From: Isurus oxyrinchus
Taxonomy: Eukaryota
NCBI GenBank assembly: GCA_026770705.1
Contig: JANJGN010000052.1
Location: 434,001-498,000 of the forward strand
Direction: 5' to 3'
DNA length: 64,000 nucleotides
Both the position numbers and the translations under genes were made by a program. Below the pieces are notes generated by a model, which searched no databases, was not told the DNA's origin, and saw only the letters and a program-made list of their open reading frames with translations. Shown in pieces: positions 62,268-64,000 of this stretch (positions are counted from its first letter, which is position 1; each line of letters begins with the position of its first letter).

Positions 62268-62636
62268 CAGAAACGTGAAGCTGGGTTACAGGGTAATAGT
62301 TATGGCTCGGACCATTGTCAAATTCTATTCTGAAAAAATAAGGTCCTGCATCTTCCCGTCTGATGTTGTTTATAATCAGGGAACAGTCGCCATCTTTCAG
62401 GTCTCCAGATAGCCGGGTCCGATGGCGGAACCGTGGTAACTCGTGACTGTGATCCTTGGAGTGAAAGGCAATGGGAGCCCAGGGAATCTGTTTCTCATTA
62501 TTAAACCAGACTCCACCTCGCGGTTGGTTTTCCAGACACGATGGATAACTGTAATGACATGGAATCTGTACACACGAACCTTCCTGCGCTGTCACCTCTC
62601 GTGGAGTGTCACCTTTCCACTCTTGTGACAGTCCAA
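62268..62636 (-). CDS. Gene B V-set exon (intact)
   Basis: 369 nt; CVQIPCHYSYPSC, DCSL, YFFRIE. Confidence 0.93.
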
Positions 62637-62699
62637 CTGGGGAGAGAAATATCAATATTTATCTCTGGATGGTTTGTGGATCCACTGAACCCAATACTT

Positions 62700-63490
62700 A
62701 CAGATGAGGCTGAATTGGGGGGATGGTCAATACTGAGGAGAATGGCAACAAATTATTTTGGCAGGAAGAATAGAAAAAACAGGATATTATTTAAATGGAG
62801 AGAGGCTGCAGAATGCAGTACAGAGGGATCTGGGTGTCCTTGTACATGAATCACAGAAAGTCAGCATTCAGGAACACCACGGAATGAGGAAGGCAAGTGG
62901 AATGTTGGCCTTTATTGCAAAGGGATGGAGTATAAAAGGAGGGAAGTCTTGCAACAGCTGCACAGGGCGTTAGTGAGATTGTAACAGGATCATTGTGTAC
63001 AGGCAGTTCAGAGAAGCTTCACTGGGCTGATTGCTGGGATTAAAGGGTTTGTCCTGTGAGGAAATGTTGAGCAGGTTGGGCCTGTATCCATTGGAGTTTA
63101 GAAGAATGAGGGGTGACCTTATTGAAACATATCCGATTCCGAGGGGGCTTGACAGGGTGGATGCTGGGAGGATGTTTCCCCCTCGTGGGGGAATCTAGAA
63201 CCAGGGAGCACAGTTTCGGAATGAGGGCTCTCCCATTTAAGACTGAGATGAGGAGGAATTTCCTCTCTCAGAGGGGCGCTAGCCTGTGGAATTCTCTTCC
63301 CCAGAGAGCAGTGGAGGCTGGGCCATTGAATAGACACAAGGCTGAGCGAGGCATGTTTTTGATCGACAAGGGAGTCAAGGGTTTGTGTCAGGCAGGAAAA
63401 TGGAGTTAAGGCCACAACCAGATCAGTGAGAGCAGGCTCGAGGGGCCGAATGGCCTGCTCCTGTCCCTATTTCTTATGTTCCTACATTCT
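62700..63490 (+). mobile_element. CR1 fragment, segmental duplicate of 13465-14300
   Basis: Near-identical sequence including the unique flank up to ~63560. Confidence 0.85.
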
Positions 63491-64000
63491 TACCTTCTTA
63501 AAATATTAAAGCTGCAGAATAAACATGCAAGTGACTGACCCGCTCGACCCACCTTCCATCTGGGGGTCCCATGGGGAGGACCCTTCCTGAGCCAGATCCA
63601 CCAGCCAACATGGTCTGGATCCGAGCACAGGAGACACGGGGGGGAGTGACTAACAGGCTCCTTGTGACAGGCCCCGTCTGTCCAATGGCTGGCTTTCAGC
63701 TGCCAAGGCCAGAGTGGTCCTTGCTAAAACCGGCTCAGGACAGGCCAGGACCCCTGTGCAGACCCCCTCCAGCGCTGCAGCCTCTGTACAAATCCCTCAT
63801 GCGCTTGTGGAGAGACACAAACAAGGCTGCACATTACCGAGGAGAATCCCCTCTACGGACTAAGGGGCTGACTCATCACCTTAAACTCAGCAAATGAGGA
63901 GGCTCTCGCTCGGTATCGGGGCTTGGCATTCGCTCAGTAAAAATAATCAAATTACATTTTGGTCAGAAATCTAAGGAGGTTGTACATTCCCTCAAAAATA

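Noticed and set aside
1-62636. Assigning gene symbols such as CD33, CD22 or MAG
   Set aside because: Family membership is clear, but one-to-one orthology cannot be established without phylogeny
12960-62655. V(D)J-type rearranging locus (Ig, TCR or IgNAR)
   Set aside because: Each V exon encodes a full domain through the G strand and ends in a GT donor; it lacks the YYC motif, has the Siglec Cys pattern, and I found no heptamer/nonamer signal directly at the coding ends

Overview
Eukaryotic (vertebrate) genomic DNA. The repeat content (CR1/L2 LINEs, Penelope GIY-YIG remnants, Gypsy LTRs, a 33-bp SINE-like satellite) points to a cartilaginous fish, most likely a shark; this is an inference. 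The minus strand carries a tandem cluster of four Siglec-like (sialic acid-binding Ig-like lectin, CD33-related/MAG-like) genes, reconstructed exon by exon from GT-AG sites and reading phase. Gene B (~53.1-62.6 kb, 5' end outside the window): V, C2, neutral TM and two duplicated tail modules with YxN + ITSM motifs. Gene C (~33.7-47.9 kb): leader, two intact V exons, three C2 exons, a divergent TM and a different tyrosine-motif tail (YENC, YANC, SVYGNL). Gene D (~25.4-30.2 kb): a decayed gene ending in an intact activating-type TM exon (intramembrane Arg, short tail, no Tyr). Gene A (1-22.8 kb, 3' end outside the window): leader, a dead V, an intact V, four C2 exons (one frameshifted), TM and tail. 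Ectodomain exons are nearly identical between genes while TM and tail modules differ. This looks like a paired inhibitory/activating Siglec system with tandem V-V receptors, shaped by exon shuffling and gene conversion. The TM exons and the terminal tail exon of gene C are not shown in their coding frame in the ORF track and were translated by hand. No database searches were run.
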